Shown in pieces: positions 24,209-37,515 of a stretch of DNA of 64,000 nucleotides. Every line of letters starts with the position of its first letter. Position 1 is the first letter of the stretch. The notes beneath the pieces are model-generated. The model did not search any database. It had not been told where the DNA came from and saw only the letters and a program-made list of their open reading frames with translations. The stretch is from Eledone cirrhosa (lineage: Eukaryota). The stretch lies in the NCBI GenBank assembly GCA_964016885.1, contig OZ024742.1, positions 198,586,001 to 198,650,000 on the forward strand. The letters are read 5' to 3'. The position numbers and the translations under genes were made by a program.

Positions 24209-24650
24209 CTAGCAGAGGTACCCGGCGTTGCTGGGGTATTAAATAGCAGTTATGTATACCATTTATGTCAATACTTCAGTGCTGCTTCAAAAACTATACT
24301 TTTACAAAATCATCGGCTTTTTCCAAAAGGGGGTTCCTGCCTCCAAGGGTCCCCTACTCAATATGTGCCAATTCACATTCATCTGTAGAACAAACGTAGC
24401 CCATGTGTCAAGTTTTGTGAAAATCGGTTGCGAACTCCAGAAGTTATGACGTTTTGTTGCATTGCACTGCAGTGCTTCAGTCGACTCCAAGGAAGTGGTT
24501 AAAGGTGGTTATCTGCCGGGAGGCCCTATAATCAATATCTGGAAAAATGAAAGTACCTATGACCATCCGGAGTACATAAGCAACCTATGTCTTAAGTTTG
24601 GTGAAAATACTGTAGAAATGCATAAGGTTTATACACACACGCACATGCAT
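24209..24650 (-). mobile_element. Non-autonomous Helitron-like element
   Basis: Minus strand ends ccccagcaacgccgggtacctctgCTAG|T (GC-rich hairpin plus CTAG); internal repeats tgtg..aagtttggtgaaaat; 5' end unclear. Confidence 0.55.
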
Positions 24651-24734
24651 GTGTGTGTTTGTGTGTGTGTATGTATTTGTGTGTGCGTGTGTATGTGTAT
24701 GTCCGTCAGGGCATACGTATGTACTGGCCTAAAT

Positions 24735-25624
24735 CTTCACTATTTACTTTTACTATTTTAATAACCTCTGTCATTTTCGTTTTCAATTTTATTTACATCA
24801 TTCTTAAACTCCGGGGCTGGAAATCATTCGGTTATTTTAAATAGAATATTAGTCTAACGACTCCATTTATACCATAAACTTGGTCTTGTCTTTGCATGAA
24901 ATTGTTCTTCTCAGTCCACATAACGACGTATTATCCTCGCTTTTTTTCCATTCATTATCAGGGAACGTCTTCACGAACCAAAATATTGTCTTCCTGTTTT
25001 TCTTTGGTTTCAACGTTTCTCGAAATATTTACTTCTGCCTTCACAGATTAAATTTTTTAGTTTCAGAAGATCCCGTTAATGTTGAAAGCAGCGATTCTTT
25101 GTTTAAACTTTAATCTGTTCTTATAACAAATATATATATATAGGGAGAGAGAGAGAGAGAGATCCTTTGTATGGCTTTTGGAGGAAGGAGTGACCAGCAG
25201 TACGTTGTTCAGTATTATTATATATATTCTGAAACTACATTGCCCAGGGTACTTGGATAAGTATATTTCATTTTAATCCCCACTGAACATTTTTTCCCTT
25301 TGATTTATATGAAATTTAAACCATAGGTAAATGACAAGATATGATGCTTATTCACAAAAGTTTTGAATTGATATTTTGAAAAAAATTATTTACAAGAAAC
25401 AAAATAAGAATAAGATTTAATAATGTAATTTTGATTTGATATATTACAAAAAATAATGTTTTCCAATTTTTCATGCATTACATTTCAATATTACTTACAT
25501 TGAGTAAGTAATATTGAAATGCAGAGTTTTTCTCCATAAATTATATCACTGATTTAAAATCAATCATCATTTTCTTACAAAAAAAAATGTGTGAAACGCA
25601 GCAAGGCGCAGGTAATTCAGCTAG
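24735..25624 (+). mobile_element. Possible Helitron-like element (3' end clear, 5' end uncertain)
   Basis: Ends cgcagcaaggcgcaggtaattcagCTAG|T at 25624. Confidence 0.4.
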
Positions 25625-26001
25625 TATATATATATATAATCATCGATTAACATTCCTCTTCCACGCTAGCATGGGTTAGACGGGTCCCATTTAGAGGCAA
25701 GTTGGGTTGGGTGACCATGTCTTGCTCATATAGGGGTGTTTCTGGCTGGTATATATATATATAGGGGGCATACGTTAAGATTAACGTTCGAGAAATTGAA
25801 AGTAAATTTTCTGAAAAGTGAATATGTTTTTGTTTTTTTTACAGTGATATTTACGATACACACGCAATTGTTTATTTACAACAGGTCTCTATAGTGATAT
25901 GGTGTTAATTAGTATTGCGTGTTTGATTATTTTTTCTTTTTCTTTTTTTGTGTATTGTGTGTACGGAAAATGACATTTTGTGTTGAAAGAAATAAACTGA
26001 G

Positions 26002-26577
26002 ATGATGAGAGAAACGGGACTTAGCAAGCCGACAATAATAGACTGGTGCAATTTCCTTAGAGAAATCTTTGAGCAGTATTTGGAGGCGAATCCTCAGCAG
26101 CTTGGAGGATTCGATGTGAATGGTTCGTCGATCATTGTAGAGAACGACGAATCAAAATACTTTCATAGAAAGTATCATCGTGGCCAGTGGAGACAAGGCC
26201 ACTGGGTGTTCGGCGCTGTAGAACGCCATTCTGGACGCTGCTGCCTCATCGAATTCCCAGATCGAAGCCGTGAGACTCTTGTCCCCTTCATACAGGAATG
26301 GATTTTGCCAGGAAGCCACATCATGTCCGATGGTTGGGCTTCCTATTCTGATATTGAAGAAATTCAAGGTGGCATTTACCTCCATGATGTTGTTGTGCAC
26401 CAACGAAACTTTGTCGATCCTGAAGACCCTAATGTGCACACACAACTCATAGAGAACACTTGGAGCCGTGCAAAGAAAAAGCTTCGTCGACAACATTTTC
26501 CGTACACACAATACACAAAAAAAGAAAAAGAAAAAATAATCACACACGCAATACTAATTAACACCATATCACTATAG
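26002..26577 (+). pseudogene. Truncated Merlin/ISXO2-like DDE transposase core
   Basis: IVENDESKY, HRG, WVFGAVER, ILPGSHIMSDGWASY, VVH..NFVDP, VHTQLIENTW; after KKLRRQ the ORF reads into the TIR. Confidence 0.88.
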
Positions 26578-26583
26578 AGACCT

Positions 26584-28002
26584 CATCATCATCAACGTTT
26601 AACGTCCGTGTTCCATGCTTGCATGGGTTTGGACGGGGGTTTTCCCACTTGAGGCAAGAGTGATTGTCTTGCTCGCATAGGACTGTCTGGCAGGTTTTCT
26701 ACAGTTGGATGCCCTTCCTAACACCAACCACATTTACAGTGTGGGTCTGGGAGGTTTTTACCGTGTTACCTACACGGCCACATTACAGCGTGGACTGTGT
26801 GTTTTTTTGTCGTGACACCTACACGATCTCATTTGTTTCGGCCTGGATGGCGCGGCACCAACATAACTTTACATAGAAGGGGGCGGTGTGGATGGGGTGG
26901 GGGTGGTGGGACGGGGGTGTATTTTGTTAGAGATGCCTACTGACTGTAGTAGGTTTTACTTTGTATTTAGGTAAGGCGGGTCTTCTCTATTACTGAGTAC
27001 CGCCAAAGGTCTCGGTCCAGTGACATTGTCTTGGAGAGGTGTAAGTGTGTGAGGTCGGAGTTTATCAGCTCGTCCCAGGTTTTTCTGGGTCTGCCTATTC
27101 CGTGGCTACCGTCTATCTTTATTGCCCTGCACTTTGTTATACAGCTATCGTCCTTCATGCGCATCACGTGACCATACCAACGTAGCCTTCTCTCTAGTAA
27201 ACAACATCTGGGAGGTTTTTACCGTGTTGCCTACACGGCCACATTACAGCGTGAACTGTGTGTTTTTTTTACGTGACACTTACACGATCTCATTTGTTTC
27301 GGCCTGGATGTTGTAGCACCAACATAACTTTACATTGAAAGGGGCGGTGTGGATGGGGTGGGGGTGGGGGTGGTGGGACGGGGGTGTATTTATGCTTTGT
27401 CGTTCACGTATATTACTATTACACATCCAGCGGAGCATGCAAGCTTCGTTTCTCTCTAGTCTGCGTATATCCTCTGCACACAATGCCCAGGTCTCACTGC
27501 CATGCAACATTGCTGTTCGTATGCAGGCATCGTACAGCCTGCCTTTCATTTTTAGGGAGAACCCTTTAGCGGCTAATAGTGGTATAAGCTCTCTGAACTT
27601 TTTCCACCCAGTTCTGACTCTAGCTACTGTACTTTCAGAGCACCCTCCCCCACTGCTGATTTTGTCACCCAGGTAACGGAAGCTGTCCACTATTTCTATA
27701 GAACCCTCTGTGCAGTTGAAAGAGCTAGTATTTTGTGGGCACTTGCTGTTACTTATTGCCCCAGAACACCGGCCACATGTAAAATCTATGTTCTTAGTTA
27801 GCTTACCTGTGATCCCACTACATCTTTTATGCACCCAAACTTTGCATTTGGGACACAAAATGGAATTTCTACCTACGCCTTTCCTACACTCTGCGCATGG
27901 CCACTTCCCGGAGGGGACCGCCGCCTTATTTTCTTTCTTACAAACTAGAACTTTAGTCTTAGCCAGGTTAATTTTAAGGCCTTTTGATTCTAGGCCGTGC
28001 TT
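26584..28002 (-). mobile_element. RTE subfamily C, 5'-truncated, inserted into the right Merlin TIR
   Basis: (cat)n tail at 26584; ORF pieces 26967..27167 and 27390..28002 include the PHD; cct repeated at both junctions. Confidence 0.9.
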
Positions 28003-28236
28003 CCTGTTGTAAATAAACAATTGCGTGTGTATCGTAAATATCACTGTAAAAAAAAACAAAAAAACAAATTTACTTTCAATTTCTCGAACGTTAATCTTAA
28101 CGTATGCCTATATAGGGTATGAATCAAAGTTGAAGCTGCCATATAGAAGGTACTAATCAAGTTGTTTGAGGCAATCACAAAGCACTCAATGGATCAATAT
28201 ATCTATACATATCAATAAAAATACACTTGTATTTAC

Positions 28237-28321
28237 CCAATTCCTGCAAATATGATTAATTCAAGAGCATCAAATGGTACTTCTGTCCTTAAAGTTGTCT
28301 TGAATAAAGCTGTTATGGTTT
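28237..28321 (-). CDS. CLCN2: ClC-2-like exon: ETITALFKTTLRTEVPFDALELIIFAGIG
   Basis: ETITALFKT...PFD motif; TTACAG acceptor, GTAAAT donor; phase 1/2. Confidence 0.93.
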
Positions 28322-29249
28322 CTGTAATGAGAGAGTAATAGAAACATATGACAGAATATTGGAATACACATTGTATGATGGTGGTGGTGGTTGTGATGGT
28401 GGTGGTGGTGGTAGAGGTTATGGTGATGAAGATGATCCTGATGATGACGGAATATTGAAAATAATCCAGAAAATACCAATATAGAATATTTAATTAAACA
28501 TATTAATCTTGTGAGATATATGAATAAATGACTGGTGTTAGGAAGATCATTGAGCCTTAGAAACTATGCTAAAAATGGTGAGAAAGAATTCTTTAGTCCT
28601 GTCAAGGACACAACAACTCTCTAGTGCTAGTGCCATGTTAAAGTGCATCTACTATATTCTGTAAAGGTGGTCATGTTGGTGACACAACAAAAAACGCCTA
28701 GTTCACCCAGTATGGTGGTCGTTTCGGTGCCATGATAAAAATCCCCCAGTCCACACTATAACATGGTTGGTGTTAGGAAGGGCATTCAGCTGTAGAAACC
28801 AAGCCAAAATACATACTTTCCAAACCTGACTTGTCTCATAACATAACTAGTCTTATCCATGCAAGCATGGAAAATACATTAGGAAGGTTATTCAGCCATA
28901 GAAATCATGTTAAAAATGAATAGAGAGAACTGTTTAGTCCTGATGCCATGTTAAAATGCACCCAATATACTTTTTATAGTGGTTGTCATTAGAAATGACA
29001 TCCACTGATAGAAACCATATCAAAATTGGAATGTGAGATGTGGTTCCCCTGATCCATTTAGAAGGATAGTAGTTCCAATTAAGTACTGACTTGGTCTGTA
29101 ACAGCCCATTCAATCCATGCCAACATGGAAAACTGGGCATAAGATGATTGTGATGAGATTATTATGAAAATTCTTGATTATTTTTAAAATTTAAGAAAGT
29201 ATAAACAATATTAACTCAAATATCGAGTTTTGAAACATGAATGTATTAC

Positions 29250-29483
29250 AATTTGTAGGAAAATGGAAAAACTTGGCGTAAGCAAGCTGTTAAAACAGCA
29301 AAATGCCGTCGAAACGGAGTTGAGTAAAACATTACTCGAAGAACAGAAGTCAGCTGCTCGAAGTGAGTCGACTCGAAGAATTGATGGGAAGGAAAAAATA
29401 ATGTTTTACCCAACGCTGTTTCGACAACATTTTGCTGTTTTAACAGCTTCCTTACGTTGAGTTTTTCCGTTTTCCTACGAATT
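29250..29483. mobile_element. Fold-back/MITE-like element with ~85-bp inverted arms
   Basis: gtaggaaaatggaaaaact...gtaaaacatta versus taatgttttac...agtttttccgttttcctac. Confidence 0.7.
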
Positions 29484-30400
29484 TTAAAGAAAGTAATCTT
29501 GTTAGATTGGTGTGAAAGACATGATCGAGACCATCAAGAAGGACAAATATAGATGGGCAGGCCACGTCTCTCATCTCAGAGACAAAAGGTGGACTATTAG
29601 AATGATAGAGTGGACATCGAGACAATGGAGAAAAACAAGAGGGCAGCCAAAGACAAGATGGCACAATGATCTGACCTGATACCTCAGCCCCACATGGCCC
29701 AGTATGGAGTATACACACATACACACATCAGTTGGTCAATACATATATATATGCATGATGAGCTTGAACCATTGTAGATAGTGTAGGAAACAGTGTTTTA
29801 GAGGGCAACAGCAATGCAGACAAGACTTTAAGCATTAAAAATACCAATACACAGTTATTGGAATACTACCATGGAAATATATGGTTAGTCCTTTATCTTT
29901 CAGGGGAAAGTTACACTTATCAAAATATTAATCCATCTAATTCACTGAGCACATTGTGGCTCTTTTCTGTATTTTTCTTTTTTTCTTTACAGAAGGCAGT
30001 GGCCATGACCTGAATGCTCGCAGCAGGGTGGACTCTGCTAAAGCCACCCAAGAGCCAGCTAGTGGTGTTAAACCTGACAACAGATTATATCTATAACCCA
30101 AGTATACCACAGTGGGATTTGAACTCAGAACACAAAGAGTCAGAATAAATATGATGCTCAACAATTCTATGAATCCACCACCACCATTACCACCTTAGAC
30201 TGATACTTTACGTTGTTGACCCTGAAAGGATGAAAAGCAAAATTGACCTCAGCAGGATTTGAACTTGGAACTTAAAAATCCAGGACAAATCCCACCACAA
30301 AGTATTTTGCACTACACACTATCAACTCTGCCAATTAGCCACCTAAGTGATGAGGTGGGGAGCAAATGACTAAAATAAAAAAGTTATTTGTTGAACTCAC

Positions 30401-30526
30401 CTTCGTCTTTAAACCAAAATGCCAATAACCTAAATATGAGTGCCCCACACACCGCAGAGAAGAAGCCTCTCCAGTAGTTCCTCACAGCAAAAAATGTAGC
30501 CGTTACTTCAATACTGAACAATACTC
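30401..30526 (-). CDS. CLCN2: ClC-2-like exon: [42 protein letters not shown]
   Basis: FSIEVT and [10 protein letters not shown] are ClC-0/1/2 signatures; GCAG acceptor, GTGAGT donor. Confidence 0.96.
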
Positions 30527-31544
30527 CTGCATAGAACAAACAAAAACAAGATATCCAATCAAAGAATGCTCCACAATGTGGTCAAAGTTTGGTCTGTAAT
30601 ATGGCCAAAGAATGCTCCCTCATATGGTCAAAGTTTGGTCTGTAATATGGTGAAAGAATGCTCCCTCATATGGTCAAACCGATTCATAGTGAAAGAATAA
30701 TCACAAACAGTAAAAAAAATAATACCTCATATGGTAAAAAATACTTCATGATGTAGTCAAAGAATGCTGCACAATATGGTCAAAGTTTAGTGAACAATGA
30801 GTTCAAAGAAATGCTCTCTCTCTTTCTGCCCCACTTCATCATCATGGTCATGTTGTCTTGAGTTAACAGAGACAATATAGGATAGTGAGCATCCTTTCGT
30901 CTTGTGAAATACAAAACAACTCCATCACTAGTTGAGATGCCAGGATAAAATGAACCTAATATACTCTAATAAACTGAGGCTCCCCTGAGGGCCACATATG
31001 TGTTGTCTGAGGGCCACACACAACAACTAATTTTATGAAGATAAAACATGCTCACGCTGTAAAAACCTTTCTGAGGGCCACAGGTGTGCTTGTAAAGGGC
31101 TGCATGTTTGACATGCCTGCTCTATATAGTGGTTACTGATTGAATAGAGACAATATAGGATCAAGAGGACTCTTTAATCCTGCTGAAGACACAGATTCAC
31201 TAGTGCTGGAACCATAATAATAATATGCACCCAGTACACTCTGCGAAGCGGTTGATATTCAGAAGAACATCTAGCTGAAATGAAATGTCATACTCAAGGA
31301 CACAACACGCTAACCAGTCCAGTCTAGATATTGAACCCACAACCTTTAATCATGAGCCCAAGACTCTAACTACTAGGTCATGTGCCTTCAGAGCAGAGCT
31401 GACATATTCTCCAACACTGATCATCATCATCATCATCAGATCTAACCACATCATCATATCAATAACAAGAATCTAAATCAATTTCAGTTTACAAATGTCT
31501 GCCTAACCAAAAAATAACAACATTCTAAACCAGATATATCAAAC

Positions 31545-31800
31545 TAGTGTGTCACAACACTTTAGTGTGTCACTAATAATCTCTAGGTATGTCATAACAC
31601 TTCAGTGTGTCACCAATAATCTCTAGGAGTGTCACCAATAATATCTAGGTGTATCACAATACTTGTCACAAATAATCTCTAGATGTGTCACAACACTTTA
31701 ATGTCACCGATAATCTCTAGGTGTCACAACACTTTAGTGTCACTGATAATGTCTAGATGTGTCACAACACATTAGAATGTCACCAACAATCTCTAGATAT
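31545..31800. repeat. Degenerate minisatellite, ~38-40-bp unit, ~7 copies
   Basis: Recurring ctctag(g/a)tgtgtcacaacactttagtgt..cac.aataat. Confidence 0.85.
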
Positions 31801-32653
31801 GTATAACCAGTTTAGCCCCCTCTTTTTATACCAAACTGCCTGAAACCACCTTTGGTTCTACAATACAAAACTATTTGTTTTAAAGTGTTTATATTTATCT
31901 AATAAACCTTCCACCATAATTTTATGTAAGAACCTTTGTTAAATTGTGTTCCACGCACCAGATATCAATAAATTCCTCCAAATTGGTGATTATATTCAAA
32001 GTTATTTGAAAATAATAGACAATGCATTCGTTAGAAATATAGTCCTGAAAGGATTACATTCAATCTGATCAAATTTTACAAATATTTAGCTGTGAAATAT
32101 ATTTGAAATCTGACAAATCTGCGTACAATTTGTCATGTTTGACTTGTGACATGTGATGTGATGTGATATTCCATTGTTTTTGTTAACCCTTTAATTACCA
32201 ACCCCGCTAAAACCAGTTTTGGTTCTATGAAATAAAGGCACCCATTTTCAAGGTTTCCAATTTAAATTAAAGTCTTCCAAGATAATTTTATATAAGAACC
32301 TTACAGTAAGTTACTATCTTAGTAATGAAATAATCATTTTAGTAAATCCCTCAAAGTTTTTCATTAATTAATTAAAATAGAGTGTATTTCATTAGAAATG
32401 CTGTCATGAAACAGTTAATTTGGTGCTGCCAAAGGGAAAAGTTGGAAAAGCTCTGATCTATGTAGTCACTCAACCTGCTAAAAATAGCAATTAGATTTCC
32501 TCAAATCATACCTTACCATCTTAAAAAAAAAAAGGCACACCGGATAATATAGAGCTGGAAGTACAAAAAGACAGGATGGTCATGGACGGGATACCTTTAA
32601 CCATAGGCCTATTTTATGTACTCATTATTTATATTCTCAATTGAAATACTCAC

Positions 32654-32732
32654 CACCAATTGGTGCAGCAAATGTGCAGGCAACACCAACAGCACAGGCT
32701 GCAGCTAACATCTCAGAACGACGAGATTCATT
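32654..32732 (-). CDS. CLCN2: ClC-2-like exon: [26 protein letters not shown]
   Basis: Near-identical to the ClC-2 helix G/H sequence; TTTTAG acceptor, GTGAGT donor. Confidence 0.95.
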
Positions 32733-32916
32733 CTAAAAATAAGAAAACAACAGTATTAATTATTATTACCACCATCTCTATTATTATGATGTTGTTTAAC
32801 CCTTGGTCAGCATTATTTCAACAGACAAAGGCATTTCAGCCAGGTTAACCCTGTCCTTTTTTTAAGACAGTAAGACGTGAGGTGAACATAATAGACAGTG
32901 TCATTCATTAGAAATA

Positions 32917-33396
32917 CTAGCAGGAAAACCACCCTTTGGGTGGTTTTCTGCTAGCATGTGTAGTGTGCATATTGATATTATACGCAAGTATATATGCATG
33001 TAGATATGATCAAATGAAATCGTAATTGACAATATACACAGAAATTGAACGAAGACTACGTTACACTGTCTTATGTAATCAGTAACGTAATCCATGATAC
33101 ATTAAAAAAAAATATATTATATATAAACTGCATTAGGAGAAAATTAGTGACAGAAATATATGAATGTTTATTCAAGCAATCGCTAACCGGAAGTGTTGAC
33201 TTTTGAAAATTTTAAAGTGAATCTTAAAATAAGCAACAATATTATTTATATTTAATCAAGAGTTATGAAATTTAGTAGATAGATTATGTAATATTCATTC
33301 ATTATTTATTCAAAGTAATCCAACTTATTTTACAAATGGGATAAAAAAATATATTCTGGACGCTGTCCCGCACTCCTTACTTTATTATAGTTTAGA
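32917..33396 (-). mobile_element. Complete non-autonomous Helitron (480 bp)
   Basis: Minus strand A|TCTAAACTATAATAAA...GAAAACCACCC-AAA-GGGTGGTTTTC-CTGCTAG|T, no TSD; paralogous empty site at 32025-32063. Confidence 0.85.
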
Positions 33397-33420
33397 TAGT
33401 ACTGAAAGGATTACATTCAA

Positions 33421-33789
33421 ACCTTTAGTGGGATCAGCATAACATCTTTACTGGGATCAAGATTACACCTTTCTTGAAGTCAACATTACACCTTTACTGG
33501 GGTCAACATAATATCTTTACTGGGGGTCAACATTACACCTTTACTGGGATCAACATCACACCTTTACTGGAGTCAACATTACACCTTTAATGGGGGTCAA
33601 CATAATACCTTTAATGGGGTCAACATAATACCTTTACTGGGGTCAATGTAACACCTTTACTGGGGTCAACATTACACCTTTACTGGGGTCAACATATTAC
33701 CTTTACTGGGGTCAACATATTACCTTTACTGGGGTCAACATATTACCTTTACTGGGGTCAACATATTACCTTTACTGGGGTCAACATAA
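33421..33789. repeat. 23-bp minisatellite, ~16 copies
   Basis: Unit acctttactggggtcaacatatt, most homogeneous at the right end. Confidence 0.92.
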
Positions 33790-36700
33790 GAAGAAAAAAT
33801 TATAAAATTATAAAATAGAAATTTTAGACCAACAGCAGCAATAAAGAATTCATTGTGAAAGGTCACCATACACAAAATTAGAAAGTTAAATGGCACTTGA
33901 CCTTTTAGAATCACTTATTAGAGATAATTCAGAATAATCTAAAAGTTGGCAGAATTTCAAATTGTTTAATATATTCCATTAGTTAACTAGGCATGGAGTT
34001 AACAGAGTCATTACAGTGTCAGATTAAATGCATTGGTATCTTTTCCAGTTCACAATGTTTTGAATTAAAATCCCATAGAGTCAACTTTGCCTTTCTTCTT
34101 ATCATGGTCAATAAAACAGTACTCCAGGGGCAGCAGATTTGCGGAATTCTTAACTAGAGCCCCATGAAGTGGATTATTTCCTTGTTAAACCTATAGCAAT
34201 TGAAACACTTAGTGTCTTATTCAGTTTAATTGGGATGGAGATAATGATATGGAAAAATAAGCCTCAAGAGTTAGACTGGTTGTTTCATTGCATCTTCCTC
34301 GCCAATCTCTGAGGAAACATATTCACCATTCTGTCTGAGAGGACCATGAAACACTCATAAAATTACATCACAGTGTCTAGCAATAGTTTCTAAATAGAAT
34401 CTCTACATAATATTTTCTGTTTAATAGATGATTCCATTGTCAATTGCTTTCAGTAAATTATCTCTGAACATCCTATAATGATTTCATCATCATCATCATC
34501 GTTTTTATGTCAATTTTTCAATGCAGGCATGGGTTGGATGTGAATTTTTGAGGCAATGTTTTCTAGCCCAATGCTCTTCCTGCCGCCAACCCTTTTAGTC
34601 ATTTCTTACAACATGAAGGGATATTGTATCTATTCTAAATTGGATAAACACAAGATACAAATAGTAATTCTTTATATAATTCCATATACATAAACTATGC
34701 TGTAATACAAGTTATGTACACTGATTATTCTCTTTTAGTCATAATATTATATTGGTTTTATCAGAAACACACAGCAAGAAAAATATAAGAAAATATCTGA
34801 AAACAGGTTTGTCAATTCAATTATTTCTAGAACCTCTACTATTGGACAGATCATTGTGAAAAAAGTACAATATTAGATTTCAACTTTAAACCCTTTTGAT
34901 ACCAACTCACACAAAGCCACCTATTATAAATTGTTCCTACTTAAATTAAAATCTTTTAACATATTTTTGATATAAGAACCATCTGTTAAATTATGCTACA
35001 ACTACCAGCTTAATAATGAGATAATAATTTTAGTAAATCCTCCAAATTCTTCCTTAATAAATTCAAATGCAGTGTATTTTAATAGAAATATGGCCACAAA
35101 AGGGTTAATGTGATATAGTCCTTGGACTACTTTATATATTTAGTACAGGACAAGATGTTAAGGGTTAAAATTTCTCTTAGCTCTCTTCTTACTAACTACA
35201 CCTTAATATTTCAAATATTTATATTCATACCTTCAGATAGGCTTTGACATTAAATTTGGAGTAAAAAATCGGTCATGTATACACACAAGAAAAAGAATAG
35301 TATTTATAAACAGTAAAATTAATATTTTAAATAAGATTTTCCACTAGTCTATTTTTTTGTAATTTATTCTATTTTTTAAATATATTTTGTCTATGTTAGT
35401 TACTGTACAAACTTAATTCTAGTTATTAACTTTGGCTATTTAAGAATTCAATTCTATAAATAACTATACTGTTTTGAGTTAACTAACTACCAATGTCCAC
35501 ACATGTCAAAAGAGGAATCTTTAAATAGATTTTCACATAAATTTAAAAAAAATAGCCAATAAACCAACTTAAAGTAAAATGTCCTCTCTATATTTAACTA
35601 CATATCAACAATAGAAGGACCTCTATCTATATTTAACTCTTAATCTCATGTACCACATGAGCAATACATTCTTGAAAAGTACCAAACAGCACTGAGACTG
35701 CACCACATTAAAAATTAAAGGCTTTATTTAGTTTACTGCAAATTTTCACAACTATCTGTCCACTAGTAAAGACACAATAAACATTTAGTACAAAATGGCA
35801 CTATAACTGCATCATGTAAAAATTTAGCCTTTACTTGAATACTACAATTTTTTACAACAATCTGTCTATTAGTAAAAATAGTATAAAAAGTACCAAAGAG
35901 CACAATGACCGCATCATGTTAAAAAGGGATGGTTTCAAGAAGGTTGTTATCAAAAGGATTAATTGTAACAGGGCCAAATCAGTTCTGAGTGAGCAAATCA
36001 CAGTCTCCCCTGACCTGATCCCTCACAAAGGGACAGCCTGTCCTACCCATGCTAGCATGGAAGATGGACATTAAACGATGATGATGTTGAGGGCATAACA
36101 CAATAAAGTCTTTACTCTAGTATCACAAATTTTCACAGCAATATGTGCAGTAGTAAAGACACTATAGAAATTTGAGTTTACAAACAACATTAAACCATAG
36201 ATACCAAAAGCATTTGAATTAGCAAATCCTGTTTTTAGATACTTTCTGCTGAATAATTGTATGTTAACAGTTAATTAAACAACTAAAACAGACTTATTTA
36301 CAGTGTATAAAGACAGTTTAAAAGAGTTTTCTTTAACTTAAGTGTTTCCAGAACTAGGTTAACAGACAAATATATACACTGTCTTCATAGACGTGAGAAA
36401 CTGACTGTCTTCTCTGCCATATGTGATATCAGCTTATGAAACAATACAAGACAATTAACAGAATTACTTCCTAAGTGGATTTTACACCTGTGTATACTTG
36501 TGTTTTTCTGTCATATTGTTCAGTCAGGTTGTTTTAAAAGTACACAGAACACCGACAACCTTGACAAAGTTATTCATATTGTATTAAGATATATATGAAC
36601 ACAGGTATGGCTGCATAGTTAAGAAGTTCACTCTGCAACCACATGGTTTCAAAAGCAATCCAGTGTGGTACATTAGCCAAGTGTCTTCTGTTATAATCAT

Positions 36701-36957
36701 AGACTGACCAATGATTTGTAAGATGGACCTGTGTATATATATTATATAGAAATAAGATATAATCACTAACATTGTATTAAAGTAGTGATAACATATTTAA
36801 ATGTTTGAGATCAATTACTGTTAAGAAGATTATAATTTTCTGTACTATTAACCACATCTTTAGTGTGTGTGTGTGTGAGTGATTGTGTATATACATAGAT
36901 ATATATCATCACCATCATCATTGAACATCCATGCTGGCATGGGTTGAATACATATAA

Positions 36958-37003
<46 letters not shown>

Positions 37004-37475
37004 CAAAATAAGATGCTGAGGTTACATATATCGTTTAATCATAATTATTTCCATGGTTCTCCATGCAATCGAGATGTCCTGCATGCATTTGTTGTTGATT
37101 ATGAGAACGGTTTCCTCAGATGAAAATCGATATATTTGATATGTCACTGGCAGGAAAACACACATCGTAATGCCTGTGCGCCCAGCATACATATATTGGA
37201 ATTTTGTATTTCTAAAGAAATATGGTATGTTTATAAATAAACATTTAGTGTTTTTACATAGCTACGGCTTTCTAAATGTTTATATATAAACATACAAAAT
37301 TCCAATACATATCTGTATACAAGCTATGATCGAAGCTAAATTCTAATTATATTCTATTATAAGTTGAGCCAACTTATACAGCTTCATATTGCATCACCTC
37401 ATTTACATAGACGAGAAAACTATATATTCTCACCTGTTTTCAAGTCTAGCAGTTGCAAGAGCGGGAGGTATCGTC

Positions 37476-37515
37476 CTGATGAGAACCAGTTCAGTTCAAA
37501 ATGTGCCGCTGTTTT
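37476..37515 (+). ncRNA. Degenerate hammerhead-like core
   Basis: CTGATGA-GAAC-cagttca-GTTC-AAAAT; restoring two CpG-type transitions gives GTTC-GAAAC. Region 37195-37576 also has inverted duplications. Confidence 0.4.

Larger units (their letters stand above)
25767..28108 (+). mobile_element. Merlin (IS1595/ISXO2-like) DNA transposon, internally deleted, with a nested RTE
   Basis: TIRs start GGCATACGTTAAGATTAACGTTCGAGAAATTGAAAGTAAATTT; 9-bp TSD TATATAGGG (25758-25766, 28109-28117); right TIR split into ~26494-26583 and ~28003-28108. Confidence 0.9.

Noticed and set aside
26002-26577. Bacterial IS1595 contamination
   Set aside because: Flanked by a TSD within host-type repeats and interrupted by a host RTE; fits a eukaryotic Merlin element.
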